DNA from: a virus
Taxonomy: Duplodnaviria; Caudoviricetes
Length of the DNA: 61,787 nt
IMG/VR virus record: IMGVR_UViG_3300025101_000028
Span: 1 to 61,787 of that record
Direction: 5' to 3' (one strand)
Position numbers and translations under genes: made by a program. The notes under the pieces were generated by a model, which was not told the origin of the DNA, made no database searches, and worked only from the letters and a program-made list of their open reading frames with translations. Positions 23,650 to 33,763 of the stretch are shown one piece after another; within the stretch, counting starts at the first letter, position 1; each line of letters begins with the position of its first letter.

Positions 23650-24531
23650 TTACTCTCCTTGTTTTATGTCTGTAATTAGTTGTTTCAAGTCCAAACCGGC
23701 ACAATCTATTTTGTTCTTCTTTAAATGGAAGTGCGAGATAAAACCTTTGTATTGTCCTCTAACAGCAGGTGCTGATGTTGTTGAGGAGTTTGGCGTTTCC
23801 AAAGGAATCCCTGTTGCTTCGTTAATAGCTTTCATCAAAGCCTTGAGAGCTTCCAATTGTACATCATAGAAGCCCAAAAATGGCTCTAGATAGCTTCCGT
23901 GAACTTTCTTCTCTTTCCACACCGGACGCTCACCAAAACCATTCTTAACGTACCATTTCTGGTGTTTAGGATAATAAGCGTTTGCAATCTCCACACCAAT
24001 AGAATTGGTATTCCACTTTGTTCCACCAGCATGATAAGCTATGTGGTTCATATCAAGAATCTGATAAATAGTTCCATCGTTGTCTATAAGGAAGTGAACC
24101 GACAAGCCTCTGTTCTGAAGCACTCTGAAGCATGATTTGGAACTAAGACATACATCCCAGTGGCATACAAAGTTTGTTGGAGTTCTTTTCTCCACAACTT
24201 TCTTGTAGCCTTTAGTTAGTTTCATCCCACCTTTCATAAAAGGAAGAACAACTTTTGGCCAATCAATATCATAATAATCATTGTTGTATATAATACTGGT
24301 ATTCTTGTGCTCAGGTACTTGTTCCTGTAAAAAAGGAAGAGCCGATTCTCTGTCGGTCCAGACCCTTCGATAGGTTCCAGGTCCACAAAGTCCATCGGCT
24401 TTAAGTCCTATTGATTTTTGATACTTGCGTATCGCTTCGGTAAGTTCCTCATCAAAAGAGGAACACCCGAACCAATCGGGTGTCCATCCTAGTTTTAGTG
24501 CTGAGGACTCATTGTAAAATTCTGCGTCCAT
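23650..24531 (-). CDS. endolysin: peptidoglycan-binding domain + N-acetylmuramoyl-L-alanine amidase (Amidase_2)
   Basis: YQKSIGLKADGLCGPGT; VCHWD, SVHFLID, AYHAG, SIGVEI, SHF. Confidence 0.9.
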   Translation of the reverse strand: MDAEFYNESSALKLGWTPDWFGCSSFDEELTEAIRKYQKSIGLKADGLCGPGTYRRVWTDRESALPFLQEQVPEHKNTSIIYNNDYYDIDWPKVVLPFMKGGMKLTKGYKKVVEKRTPTNFVCHWDVCLSSKSCFRVLQNRGLSVHFLIDNDGTIYQILDMNHIAYHAGGTKWNTNSIGVEIANAYYPKHQKWYVKNGFGERPVWKEKKVHGSYLEPFLGFYDVQLEALKALMKAINEATGIPLETPNSSTTSAPAVRGQYKGFISHFHLKKNKIDCAGLDLKQLITDIKQGE

Positions 24532-25227
24532 TTAAATAACCTCATCTGCTAATCCATATTCGACAGCTTCCTCCGCAGTTAGATAAACATTGACTTTTTG
24601 ATCAAGCATCTTCTTTAACTGTCTCTTAGTAAGTAGTGTTTCCTTGCATAAAGCGGCTATGTAAGAGTCTTGAATATTTTGAATCTCTTCCATTTCATTA
24701 ACAAGGTTATGAATGGTTCCCATTGAACCAGCAGAGACAGCATGGATCATGACACGACAGTTTCTCATAATTTTACGCTTACCTCTTGTGCCACCGGCAA
24801 GAATAAGAGTTCCAGCAGACATGATCTTTCCCATGCCAATTGTTTCAATGTCACGGTTCTTTTTTGTTAGACGCATCATATCATAGATAGCCATCATATC
24901 ATCAGCAGAGCCACCATAGGTTGACAGATAGAATGTTATATCATCAAGCTCTTCACCTTCTGGAAGTCTTTCCTTTGCTTTATCTACGCGCTTTTTATCT
25001 CCGAGCAATAACAAAGCTGAGACAATATCTGCTGCTCGTTCTTCGTTAACATCACCATACAACATAAATGTTGAAGGCATTTCTTCTTCAGGTGGGCCGC
25101 CCATCATTGCTGCCATAAGTTCTTTCGCTTGCTCCATCTCTTCTTCAGATGGGATGTCCTCTCCTTGTTTCTGTTTATCATCATTGTCGATAATAGTTTT
25201 TTTGGTTTTTTTCTTTGTGAACTTCAT
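24532..25227 (-). CDS. clpP: ClpP-family protease
   Basis: LSTYGGS, MSAG (Ser), VMIH (His), YLTAEEAVEYGLAD. Confidence 0.9.
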   Translation of the reverse strand: MKFTKKKTKKTIIDNDDKQKQGEDIPSEEEMEQAKELMAAMMGGPPEEEMPSTFMLYGDVNEERAADIVSALLLLGDKKRVDKAKERLPEGEELDDITFYLSTYGGSADDMMAIYDMMRLTKKNRDIETIGMGKIMSAGTLILAGGTRGKRKIMRNCRVMIHAVSAGSMGTIHNLVNEMEEIQNIQDSYIAALCKETLLTKRQLKKMLDQKVNVYLTAEEAVEYGLADEVI

Positions 25228-25324
25228 AAATCCTCCGTTGGTTAGTTCTTTAAAAAATAAAGGACAAGTGATTAGCTTGTCCTTATAATATAACACATTT
25301 ATTAATTTTGTCAAGTAAAATTAA

Positions 25325-25897
25325 TTACTTTTTTCCTAAAGCCTTCTTTAGACGAGCATCAGCACGTTTTGCTTCTTGAAGTCTTTTAGCAACTCGTTTT
25401 GCAACAAGTTTAACAACTTCTTTTTGAGATGGAACGTAAGAAATTCCACGAAGTGCTTCTTGAAGCATTTCTTCTTCATTTTCTTCACCAGCGTCATCAG
25501 CATCAAGTTCCATAGGTGCATCATCTCCACCCATATCCATATCCATGTCATCTTCACCCATATCCATATCATCACCACCTGCGGCTCCACCAAGAGCATC
25601 AGCGACTTGTTCAATAGTTTTGACTGCTTCCATGAATTGATCTACCAATTCTTCATCCAACTCAACATCGGCATCACCCATGTCTTCATCTTTGTCAAGA
25701 TCCATGTCTTCGTCCTCTTCTTCGTAAAGAGCTTCCATAGGTTCATCGTCTTTCATGTGAGCTTCATCACCATAAGCCTCTTCCATTTTGTCTTCATCAT
25801 CACGAGAATATGATGAGTCCATTTCGTTTAGTGGTTTAATACTAGCCAAGCTCTGGAAACGACGAACTTGGGCTTCAGATAATAATTTTTTGCGCAT
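25325..25897 (-). CDS. highly acidic protein, scaffold/internal-head-like
   Basis: LLSEAQVRRFQSLASIKPLNE leader, D/E/M-rich middle, LQE sites. Confidence 0.6.
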   Translation of the reverse strand: MRKKLLSEAQVRRFQSLASIKPLNEMDSSYSRDDEDKMEEAYGDEAHMKDDEPMEALYEEEDEDMDLDKDEDMGDADVELDEELVDQFMEAVKTIEQVADALGGAAGGDDMDMGEDDMDMDMGGDDAPMELDADDAGEENEEEMLQEALRGISYVPSQKEVVKLVAKRVAKRLQEAKRADARLKKALGKK

Positions 25898-25960
25898 AAC
25901 TTAAAATCTCCTTTAAAATAAATTATTTTTCACTATAAATAGGTCTTAAAAACATAAAAA

Positions 25961-26284
25961 TCACAATTCTGGGTGTTCTTCTGCAATTAAATCAAAGATA
26001 TTCTCAAGTTCATCATCTTTGATACCAAATTTTGCCATCAAATCGTCTGCTTGTTCATCTTCTTGTTTTGTTATTTTGATGTCTCGCTTGCGACCAATGT
26101 TGTTTTCGTTTTTGTATCTTCTGATGAAGCTCATAAGATCTTTATCATTGTCAGACATTCCCGAGACACACGCTCTAAAGAAGTCGGCTTGAGTGATATT
26201 TTCTCTCTCAAGCCTAATTTTAAGTTGTGCATGTCTTATGTCAGTGTCAGTAAATTGAATTTTCTTCTTTTTATGTTCAGACAT
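25961..26284 (-). CDS. putative ribbon-helix-helix DNA-binding protein
   Basis: KKIQF-strand, HAQLKIRL helix, TQADFFRAC helix. Confidence 0.5.
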   Translation of the reverse strand: MSEHKKKKIQFTDTDIRHAQLKIRLERENITQADFFRACVSGMSDNDKDLMSFIRRYKNENNIGRKRDIKITKQEDEQADDLMAKFGIKDDELENIFDLIAEEHPEL

Positions 26285-26287
26285 ATA

Positions 26288-26713
26288 TTAATTAGTACCT
26301 GTTGAACCATATCCACCTTTTCCTCTTTCAGTTTTTGAAAGTTCAAAGGCTTCTTCAAATTCAACTTCGGGATAGGGCATTATAATAATTTGCCCTATTC
26401 TCTCGCCCACTTCGTACACAGGTGAATTGTGTGTATTTATTGCAAACTTAAACATTATTTCTCCACGATAACCAGAGTCAATAACTCCAACAGCGTTTCT
26501 AAGATAATGTGCAGTTCTAGAGATAGAAGAACGTGGGAAAATTAATCCCACATGTCCTTTTGGTATCTCCATGGCCAACCCTGTTCCGTATACATAATTT
26601 CCGTGCTTGTCAAATGTTTGAGACACAGCGTACAAATCCATACCAGCATCACCAGGTTTAGCATACTTTGGAATTGTTGCACCAGCATCAAGTTTCATTA
26701 CTTTTACTTTCAT
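26288..26713 (-). CDS. dut: dUTPase (trimeric)
   Basis: AGMDL, PRSS, GVIDSGYRGE, RIGQ, RGKGGYGSTG. Confidence 0.96.
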   Translation of the reverse strand: MKVKVMKLDAGATIPKYAKPGDAGMDLYAVSQTFDKHGNYVYGTGLAMEIPKGHVGLIFPRSSISRTAHYLRNAVGVIDSGYRGEIMFKFAINTHNSPVYEVGERIGQIIIMPYPEVEFEEAFELSKTERGKGGYGSTGTN

Positions 26714-26879
26714 CTTTCCTCCTTATACCTTCGCGGTGTATATCTATTTTGTTTCCGTTATCAAAAAACTCAACTATGAACGATTTCGGAAACGAACCTT
26801 GAGAAAGTACAAGGCCCAATCTTTTCGAACTATGAGGGTAATATACTAAATCACCTATCTTTATTACATTTACTTTCAT
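26688..26879 (-). CDS. SH3/KOW-like small protein
   Basis: IKIGDLVY...LGLVL...IVEF. Confidence 0.7.
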   Translation of the reverse strand: MKVNVIKIGDLVYYPHSSKRLGLVLSQGSFPKSFIVEFFDNGNKIDIHREGIRRKDESKSNET

Positions 26880-26982
26880 TTTTCCTCCAATAATAAGTTA
26901 TGTAAGTTCCCACAAGGGGAAGGGATGTCGCCAAGGCGAACAGAGCATTCCATTCGCCATGACAGTTGGTTAGATGTTCCAT
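26851..26982 (-). CDS. small membrane peptide, 43 aa (not in ORF track)
   Basis: MEHLTNCHGEWNALFALATSLPLVGTYITYYWRK...; fills the gap between neighbours. Confidence 0.5.
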   Translation of the reverse strand: MEHLTNCHGEWNALFALATSLPLVGTYITYYWRKNESKCNKDR

Positions 26983-27167
26983 TCCACATCCCTAGTTTTT
27001 AAGAATTCTAGCAAAGGCTCATTGTCTTTAACATTCAGATCGCACTCCTTTAAAGCAAACTCTTGGTAATCAAAAATCAGTTCAATACCATCATTTGTTT
27101 TGTGAATTGCTTGTAAATGGTCCAACCAAACCCAATAAGTTCCATTAACTGCTGTTATTTTAGTCAT
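26970..27167 (-). CDS. hypothetical protein
   Basis: TAATG coupling. Confidence 0.65.
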   Translation of the reverse strand: MTKITAVNGTYWVWLDHLQAIHKTNDGIELIFDYQEFALKECDLNVKDNEPLLEFLKTRDVEWNI

Positions 27168-27475
27168 TATTCACCATCCTTTTTAACAATCTTGTTAACT
27201 GTTTGAAAGAGGTCAACAAATTCTGCCAAGTTTACATCATCATCAATCATCCGATAGATCTTCATTGCCATCTTTTGTTGTTTAGCATCAAGCCATTCTT
27301 GTTCTTTATAGTTTTGCTTAAGATCCTTCATTTGATCTTTGAACGGTTGCATAGCCTCGTTCAGTTCTTTAATAGATTTGATAAAGTCAATCATGTGACC
27401 AGCTTCATCTTTATCTACATCGTCATCATCCCATTCGGCAACCATAACGATTTTGTCTTTTACATCATTCCACAT
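27167..27475 (-). CDS. putative dsDNA-binding protein (GapR/T4 DsbA-like)
   Basis: FIKSIKELNEAMQPFKDQMKDLK...LDAK...AMKIYRM helical pattern. Confidence 0.5.
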   Translation of the reverse strand: MWNDVKDKIVMVAEWDDDDVDKDEAGHMIDFIKSIKELNEAMQPFKDQMKDLKQNYKEQEWLDAKQQKMAMKIYRMIDDDVNLAEFVDLFQTVNKIVKKDGE

Positions 27476-27547
27476 ACTTCCTCCTTATTGGTTATTGTGT
27501 ATTTGTAATATAACATGCCCTCAACAATTTGTCAAGGGACTTTTTTT

Positions 27548-28492
27548 TTATTTCCAAGTTTTTATTTTTTTCCAAGTTGCTTTCTTATCTTTAACGTTTT
27601 TAGCTGCTCCTAAATCTAGATGAGCTGCGATTGTGTCTAAATCAAGGTATATTAATTTATTTTGCAGAGCGATTAATCGTTGTTCAAGCTTGTTTAATCT
27701 AACTTTAACAGATGATTTTGGTGCTGTTCGAAGCACAAACTCGGTCAATGGATAAAACAAATCAGACCTTAGCTTTAAAGGAGAGGTTGAGTTGTATGAG
27801 CCACCAAACTTCTTCATCAAGTTAATAACACCAATTGTGATCTCAGACTGTCTAGAACCGGCTTTGGATGTGTTACTGTGCCTAATGCTATCTCTAATGC
27901 CAGAATAAGCATCAGATGCATCTAAATCAGATATTTTTTCTGCTTTATATTCCAAAGCTGTCGTGTCGATCACTCTTTGTACATCTACAGCTGTGGTGTA
28001 GCCTTTATCTTGTGGTAGGTTTAACACAACCGAATGTCTTTCCCAATCTTTTATTGCATGTTTTCCTTTACCTTGGCTTAAAAAGTAAGTAGTTTCATCT
28101 TGTTTAGAATTAAATTTTACCTTATCACATAATATCTCATTTTCTCCCATAGCATAAGCAGCGAGAGTTCTACCTTGACCATCAATAATAAACCACCTGT
28201 TGTCATTTTCATATTGTCTTTGTGCTATCACCACTCTACCAAATTTAATAGAGCAAGGGTTACTTACCATTTGCTTAAGTTTTACGACTCTTGCTGGGTC
28301 AAAAGGGTCCCTTTGTGTTTCCTCATCAATATGCAAAGTTGATATATTAACATAGTCACTTTGCTGTGGGTTAATTCTTTTTGCCCAGTCAAAAGATGCT
28401 TGACTTTTACTGTGTTGTTTTTTTAATTCGTTAAAACAGTCAATAGAAACAACACTATTGCTGAATCTGTTTTTAATTGTAAAAATTGTCAT
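27548..28492 (-). CDS. ParB/Srx-like domain protein
   Basis: LHIDEETQR...VVIAQR...FIIDGQGRTLAA. Confidence 0.7.
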   Translation of the reverse strand: MTIFTIKNRFSNSVVSIDCFNELKKQHSKSQASFDWAKRINPQQSDYVNISTLHIDEETQRDPFDPARVVKLKQMVSNPCSIKFGRVVIAQRQYENDNRWFIIDGQGRTLAAYAMGENEILCDKVKFNSKQDETTYFLSQGKGKHAIKDWERHSVVLNLPQDKGYTTAVDVQRVIDTTALEYKAEKISDLDASDAYSGIRDSIRHSNTSKAGSRQSEITIGVINLMKKFGGSYNSTSPLKLRSDLFYPLTEFVLRTAPKSSVKVRLNKLEQRLIALQNKLIYLDLDTIAAHLDLGAAKNVKDKKATWKKIKTWK

Positions 28493-28547
28493 AAGACCTC
28501 CGTAGTTGATTTTACATTATATAATATATCACACTTTAGTTTTTTTG

Positions 28548-29420
28548 TCAAGAAAAAAGTGCTTCTTTTGCCCAAATTTGTGTTTGATTTTGCTGAGGGA
28601 TGGACAAGCCTCCAAAGTGTCTTGCTTGAAAATATTCTTTTCTAGTCCAAGTGTTTGATAATAGCATATTATCACAACATAAAGAAAACCTTATGTGTTG
28701 TCTCATCCATTCTCTGAACGGGTGAAACTCAAACTTTTCAATACAACCTGTATGAATATTAGATGTTGGGCAAGCTTCTATGTGAATCCTTTTTTGTCTT
28801 ACTAGGTCAACCAGTTCTCTATCTGCAAGAACAGACAAGCCGTGTCCAATTCTTTGAGCATGAAGATGCTCAATAGCTATTTTGATCTCACTTGATGGTC
28901 TTCCTTCTCCAGCATGAACAGTTCTGCCAAGACCAATCCTTAATGCTTTGGTAAAGGGACGAGAATAGTCCATAAGACCCCATCTATGCTCTTCCAATGG
29001 TGAACCAGCCAAATCAATCCCAACGACTCTAGGACGCGTTTTTGCGGCTTTAACTAAATCATCTAGAACTTCTGGTGGCTCACCGTACAGACCACAAAGG
29101 ATTAAATTAAACCTTGGTTTTAAACCAGCAACAGCAGCATCAACAACAGATTCTATTTCTCCATTACAATGTAATTGAGGAGCAAATCTAATCTCTGCTC
29201 TACTGGTGCCGAACTTTGTAAGGTCATCACATAGCTCTTCTGTGATTCTTGTGATTCTATCAAGCTCCTGCATAACAGATAGTGTAGTGCTAAACGAAGC
29301 AAGAGCTTTTTGTATTCCCATGTTTGGATAGAATTTAACATCAGGAAGGTTGCCCTCGAATAGTTCCTCAAGAGTTGTGGATCTTATTGAACCATCGAGG
29401 TGAATATGTAAGTCAATCAT
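28548..29420 (-). CDS. add: adenosine deaminase family protein
   Basis: DLHIHLDGS, EIRFAP, GIDLAG, TVHAGE, RIGHG, EACPTSN, CDN. Confidence 0.92.
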   Translation of the reverse strand: MIDLHIHLDGSIRSTTLEELFEGNLPDVKFYPNMGIQKALASFSTTLSVMQELDRITRITEELCDDLTKFGTSRAEIRFAPQLHCNGEIESVVDAAVAGLKPRFNLILCGLYGEPPEVLDDLVKAAKTRPRVVGIDLAGSPLEEHRWGLMDYSRPFTKALRIGLGRTVHAGEGRPSSEIKIAIEHLHAQRIGHGLSVLADRELVDLVRQKRIHIEACPTSNIHTGCIEKFEFHPFREWMRQHIRFSLCCDNMLLSNTWTRKEYFQARHFGGLSIPQQNQTQIWAKEALFS

Positions 29421-29428
29421 TTATCCTC

Positions 29429-32400
29429 CTATATTAAGATTGCCCAAGTTTTGTTTAGAGACCCATAGGTTGAGAAACCCCAGTCTAATGAATGTTTTGG
29501 TCTTAGCATATAAGGTCTGTTAAGTGCAAGAGAGTCAATGTTAGGATCAACGCCCCAACAACGTATCTTAGTTTCAACAGAATTAGAATCAACAACCTTA
29601 ACTGTGTAAAAGAACTTTCCATTCTTTGACTTCTTCTTGACAACTTCGCGAACAATACCCCAACAAAACATCAAATCGGGATCATATTCAGAAATGGGTG
29701 GTACGCCTTTGGAGTCAAGTTTGTCCATAATATGTTGAGACATCACAAGAGATACAGGAAAAATACCTGTTAGATCTGCTAGGAAGCCTATCCTCTCGTC
29801 TTCTGTAAAGGAACCTTCGGGTCGATACTTTTCGATATTATCATCAAACTTCTTACGATTTTTTGGACGATCAACAATAGCAGCAGACCAAAAGTGCTTG
29901 TCACCTGTAAACCGTTCGTCAATCAAATCATTTAATGCACCAGCTCTACAGAGAACATCAAGGGCTTTCTTGTTTAGTTTTGAGTACTTAACATCATCAT
30001 GAAACAATAATTCGTCAATTGTGTTAAATGGGCGATTACATATCACCTGATCAAAAGCAGCATCACCAAAGCCTTTGATACCTGTGAGAGGTGCAATGAG
30101 TACATCCTCACCTTCAATCTTCCAAGTAGACTCAGAATAGTTGATGTTTAGAGGTTTGATTTTGTATCCATGCTGCTTTGCAAGGTTGATTGCTTTCTCC
30201 TTGCGAGACTCAGGCTCTTTGTCCAAGAATGATGCAACCCACTCGGCTTTGTAGTAGGTGCACAACCAAGCGCATTGATAAGAAATAATAGAGTAGGAAA
30301 CAGCGTGAGACTTGTTAAACCCATAACCGGAAAAGTATTCAAAGGTTTGCCATAGTTCTTGGGCAGACCTCTTGTCGATATCCTTTTGTACGCAGCCTCT
30401 GATGAACTTCTTGTGGATTTTGTCTTTAACTTCATGTCCTTTACCTGTTCCTTTCTTTGTTAAGATTTTACGGAGAAGATTTGCTTCATCCATTGTAATG
30501 CCATCTCCAAGCTCATGAGCCAGTCTAGCAATTTGTTCTTGGAAAATAAGGAAACCATAAGTTTCCTCAGTAATATCACGCACCGTATTGTTTAAGTAGT
30601 CAACCTCATCTGGATCTTGCACTGCTTTTATATAAGCCTTGTCAACACCAGCTGATAGAGGACCGGGACGATAGATAGAAGTAATAGCAGAGAGGTCTAC
30701 AATAGATGTAGGTTTAGTTCTCTCTGCTAATTTTTGTACACCACCTTCTGTGAATTGAAAAACTCCGACCCATTGACCATTGTGAAATACATTTTCATAC
30801 ACGGTTTGATCATTGAGATCAATTGTGTCTGGGTGGACATGTTTGTCATAAAAGTCTTTAACATCTGCAAAGGTTGGGCTCTCAATACCATGGTGTCTAC
30901 GAAGTATCTTTGTAATACAATCTTCAATCATACGCAAGGTTGACAAACCAAGTATATCGAACTTAATGAAACCCATAGGTTCTAACTGTCTAACATTTTG
31001 ACCTTCGGACCAAGGAGTTTGTCGGACACCTTTGGATGATATCAAAGGCATGTATCTATCTAGCTGCTCTCCAATAACAACACCACCGGCATGTCTAGAA
31101 CAAGAACGATAGGACCCATGAAGAGCCTGAACGTGCTCTTTGACATGTGGATACTTCTTGAAAAACTTTTGAAGAGATTCGGAAAATTCAATAACTTCAT
31201 CAAAAGTCGGAGTATAAACACCAGCTTTGATGCCATGTTTTTTCTTAGCAGGTGGTGTTGCCTCTGCCATCATTTTACCAGTAACAGAGTTAACCTCCAT
31301 GAAAGGAATCTCATAGAACTTAGATATGTCCTTGATAAGGGAACGAAGCTGCAAAGTGTTCCAATTGGAAATAGGCACAACAGTTGAGCTACCCCATTGA
31401 TCAATCATAATGTCCTTAAGAACCATAGGATCGGATACATCATAATCAATATCAGGATAATCAGTCGCATCTGATCTGAGGAAACGTGAGAATAGAAGGC
31501 CGTACTTAATTGGATCAATTTGAGTGATGCCCAAACAATAAGCAACAAGAGAACCAGCCGCAGAACCACGACCAGGTCCCGATAATTGTACTTCATTTGT
31601 TTTATCCGCGATTGCTTTCATTGTGAGAAAGTATTTTGAAAAACCACGATCCGCAATTACTTGCAACTCATGTTTCAATCGTTTCTCATATAAATAAATA
31701 GGTGATGATGCTCTTCCTTGCTTTTGGGTAAGACCTCTTTTTTGAAGAATAGAGAATAAACCTTTACCAGCAAGTCGTTCAAGGTATTCATCTTCGTTGT
31801 ATCCAGCTGGGACAACAAAGTCGGGAAGCCTTACCGTTGTGTCGGGAAGAAAGTCTTCGCAACGTTCCATAGCAATGTGGTGAGTCACTTCAATAGACTG
31901 GCGAATAAGATCGTCATCATACTGTTGTTCACATTCTTCAGAATATTGTTTGTAAGACTCCCACATTTGTTGTCCGTTCTTTGGATACAATTCGTATTCC
32001 ATTTCTTGAACAGAAGTTGGAAGATTCATATCAAGCCATTCGGGCTTTCCTTTACCAATCCAACCAAGTCGCTTGTATAACTCACGGTCTTTCCAAGCGG
32101 TTGGAGTTGGATAGTGAGAGTCACCAGTGGACACAATTGTCATGTCGTATTCCTTAGCGATTTGAATAATATATTGGTTCAGCTCGTGTTGTTCGGGAAC
32201 TGCATTCCATTGAACTTCAGGATACCAACGGTCACCAAATATAGAAAGCATCTTGTCAGTAACTTCTCTCATAGAATTCAAAACAGCCTCAGAAGACTCC
32301 TCACGGTTCTGCCAGTAGCAACCAGCATAGACACCACCAAGACAAGCAGAAAGTGCAATCACACCCTCTCCATACTTCTGTAATAAAGCATAGTCAATAC

Positions 32401-32875
32401 GTGGTTTGCGATAGTAATAGTCTCCGTGATAAGACTCTGAGACCATCTTGAATATATTGTTAAGACCTGTTTGATTCATAGCAATTAGAACCAAATGGCG
32501 AGTTCGATTGATGTCAGACATTGACTTTCCTTTAGACTCTCCTTCTGCTTCAATGTTGGTGCCAGATCTATCAGCATTAATAGACTTGGCTTTCTTTTTG
32601 TCCTTCTTCAATTCCTCAAGCTGTTCTTTCCATTTGGGAACTGATGGTATAAAGTAAGCCTCAACGCCAAAGATTGGCTTGAAACTCTTACCTTGCTTTT
32701 TCATCTTCTTTGCGTGAAGAACTTGATAAGCAAAGCCGTTCATGTTACCATGATCAGTAAGTGCAAGAGCTTCGCATCCGTTTTCGAATGCGAAGTCCAT
32801 ATGTTCTTGCGGATAGCCAAACCCGTCAAAGGGCGAGCCTACACCGCTATGTGCGTGTAAGTTTACAAATTTCAT
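29429..32875 (-). CDS. dnaE: DNA polymerase III alpha subunit
   Basis: PHP motifs LHAHS, TDHGN, DSHY; GRGSAAGS, PDIDYD, HAGG, KFDILGL, YGFNKSH. Confidence 0.97.
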   Translation of the reverse strand: MKFVNLHAHSGVGSPFDGFGYPQEHMDFAFENGCEALALTDHGNMNGFAYQVLHAKKMKKQGKSFKPIFGVEAYFIPSVPKWKEQLEELKKDKKKAKSINADRSGTNIEAEGESKGKSMSDINRTRHLVLIAMNQTGLNNIFKMVSESYHGDYYYRKPRIDYALLQKYGEGVIALSACLGGVYAGCYWQNREESSEAVLNSMREVTDKMLSIFGDRWYPEVQWNAVPEQHELNQYIIQIAKEYDMTIVSTGDSHYPTPTAWKDRELYKRLGWIGKGKPEWLDMNLPTSVQEMEYELYPKNGQQMWESYKQYSEECEQQYDDDLIRQSIEVTHHIAMERCEDFLPDTTVRLPDFVVPAGYNEDEYLERLAGKGLFSILQKRGLTQKQGRASSPIYLYEKRLKHELQVIADRGFSKYFLTMKAIADKTNEVQLSGPGRGSAAGSLVAYCLGITQIDPIKYGLLFSRFLRSDATDYPDIDYDVSDPMVLKDIMIDQWGSSTVVPISNWNTLQLRSLIKDISKFYEIPFMEVNSVTGKMMAEATPPAKKKHGIKAGVYTPTFDEVIEFSESLQKFFKKYPHVKEHVQALHGSYRSCSRHAGGVVIGEQLDRYMPLISSKGVRQTPWSEGQNVRQLEPMGFIKFDILGLSTLRMIEDCITKILRRHHGIESPTFADVKDFYDKHVHPDTIDLNDQTVYENVFHNGQWVGVFQFTEGGVQKLAERTKPTSIVDLSAITSIYRPGPLSAGVDKAYIKAVQDPDEVDYLNNTVRDITEETYGFLIFQEQIARLAHELGDGITMDEANLLRKILTKKGTGKGHEVKDKIHKKFIRGCVQKDIDKRSAQELWQTFEYFSGYGFNKSHAVSYSIISYQCAWLCTYYKAEWVASFLDKEPESRKEKAINLAKQHGYKIKPLNINYSESTWKIEGEDVLIAPLTGIKGFGDAAFDQVICNRPFNTIDELLFHDDVKYSKLNKKALDVLCRAGALNDLIDERFTGDKHFWSAAIVDRPKNRKKFDDNIEKYRPEGSFTEDERIGFLADLTGIFPVSLVMSQHIMDKLDSKGVPPISEYDPDLMFCWGIVREVVKKKSKNGKFFYTVKVVDSNSVETKIRCWGVDPNIDSLALNRPYMLRPKHSLDWGFSTYGSLNKTWAILI

Positions 32876-32915
32876 TATTATCCTCCGAGATATTTTGATG
32901 TATATATTATAACAC

Positions 32916-32945
32916 AAAACCCCTTGTTTGTCAAGGGGTTTTTTA
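32916..32945. terminator. terminator hairpin containing the -35 of the dnaE promoter
   Basis: AAAACCCCTTG-TTTGT-CAAGGGGTTTT. Confidence 0.75.
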
Positions 32946-32947
32946 TT

Positions 32948-33763
32948 TTATTTCAATACTGCTACAATTTCTTTTACTGGTTTTCTTCCATCTTTTTTGC
33001 AAGAAATGTATCTTGGTGCTTCGATTATATTTATATCAAAGTCTTTATAAAGCTCTAGGGTTTCATTGCAATGTGAGTTCGAGACTATCACTGTGCAGCC
33101 TAGACCATACAGTCTCTTACACTCTGTTATTAGTTCTTTCTGTTCTGTCCATCCAAAGCCTCCGACATATCCGTTAAATTCTTTTTTAGGGTTTTTAGTA
33201 TCAACATAAGGAGGATCTAGATACACCAAATCTCCTTGCTGTGCTATTTGTAGAAAATCTAAATATTCCATGCAAGAAAAATTAATGTCCTTTATTGCTA
33301 TTGAGAAAGCCTTTGCTTCACTTAAAGGCAAAACATCTCCTTTTCTACCGGAGCCAAATGGTACATTTGAAAAACCGCTCTTATTGATTCTAAATAAACC
33401 ATTAAAACAAGTTTTGTTTAAATAAACTGTTCTAGCGGCTTTCTCGAAACGACTAGTGCTTAACCAATCTTTCTCTCTATCTTTGTTCCTTATAATATAA
33501 TAGTTCTCTTTGGACTTGTCTATATTATTAGCAAGGGTGCAAACTTTTTTGTAATCATCTCTAACACATTCAAAGAGATTGATTATTTCTGCATTTAAGT
33601 CATTTAGGAAAACGTCTTTAACGTTCACACCAGAATGTAAATAAGAACCTAGTGAACCGGCAAAAGGCTCTAGATATCTTTTGCAATTAGAATCAAAAAA
33701 AGGTGATATCTTTTGCATCACCTTAGATTTGTTTCCTGCCCATTTTAATATTGTTTTAGTCAT
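32948..33763 (-). CDS. dam: DNA adenine methyltransferase (D12/Dam class)
   Basis: LKWAGNK, EPFAGS, FNGLFRIN, YLDPPY. Confidence 0.93.
   Translation of the reverse strand: MTKTILKWAGNKSKVMQKISPFFDSNCKRYLEPFAGSLGSYLHSGVNVKDVFLNDLNAEIINLFECVRDDYKKVCTLANNIDKSKENYYIIRNKDREKDWLSTSRFEKAARTVYLNKTCFNGLFRINKSGFSNVPFGSGRKGDVLPLSEAKAFSIAIKDINFSCMEYLDFLQIAQQGDLVYLDPPYVDTKNPKKEFNGYVGGFGWTEQKELITECKRLYGLGCTVIVSNSHCNETLELYKDFDINIIEAPRYISCKKDGRKPVKEIVAVLK

Noticed and set aside
25934-25941. T4 late promoter TATAAATA
   Set aside because: Lies on the non-coding strand; the minus-strand reading CTATTTA fits the recurring motif better
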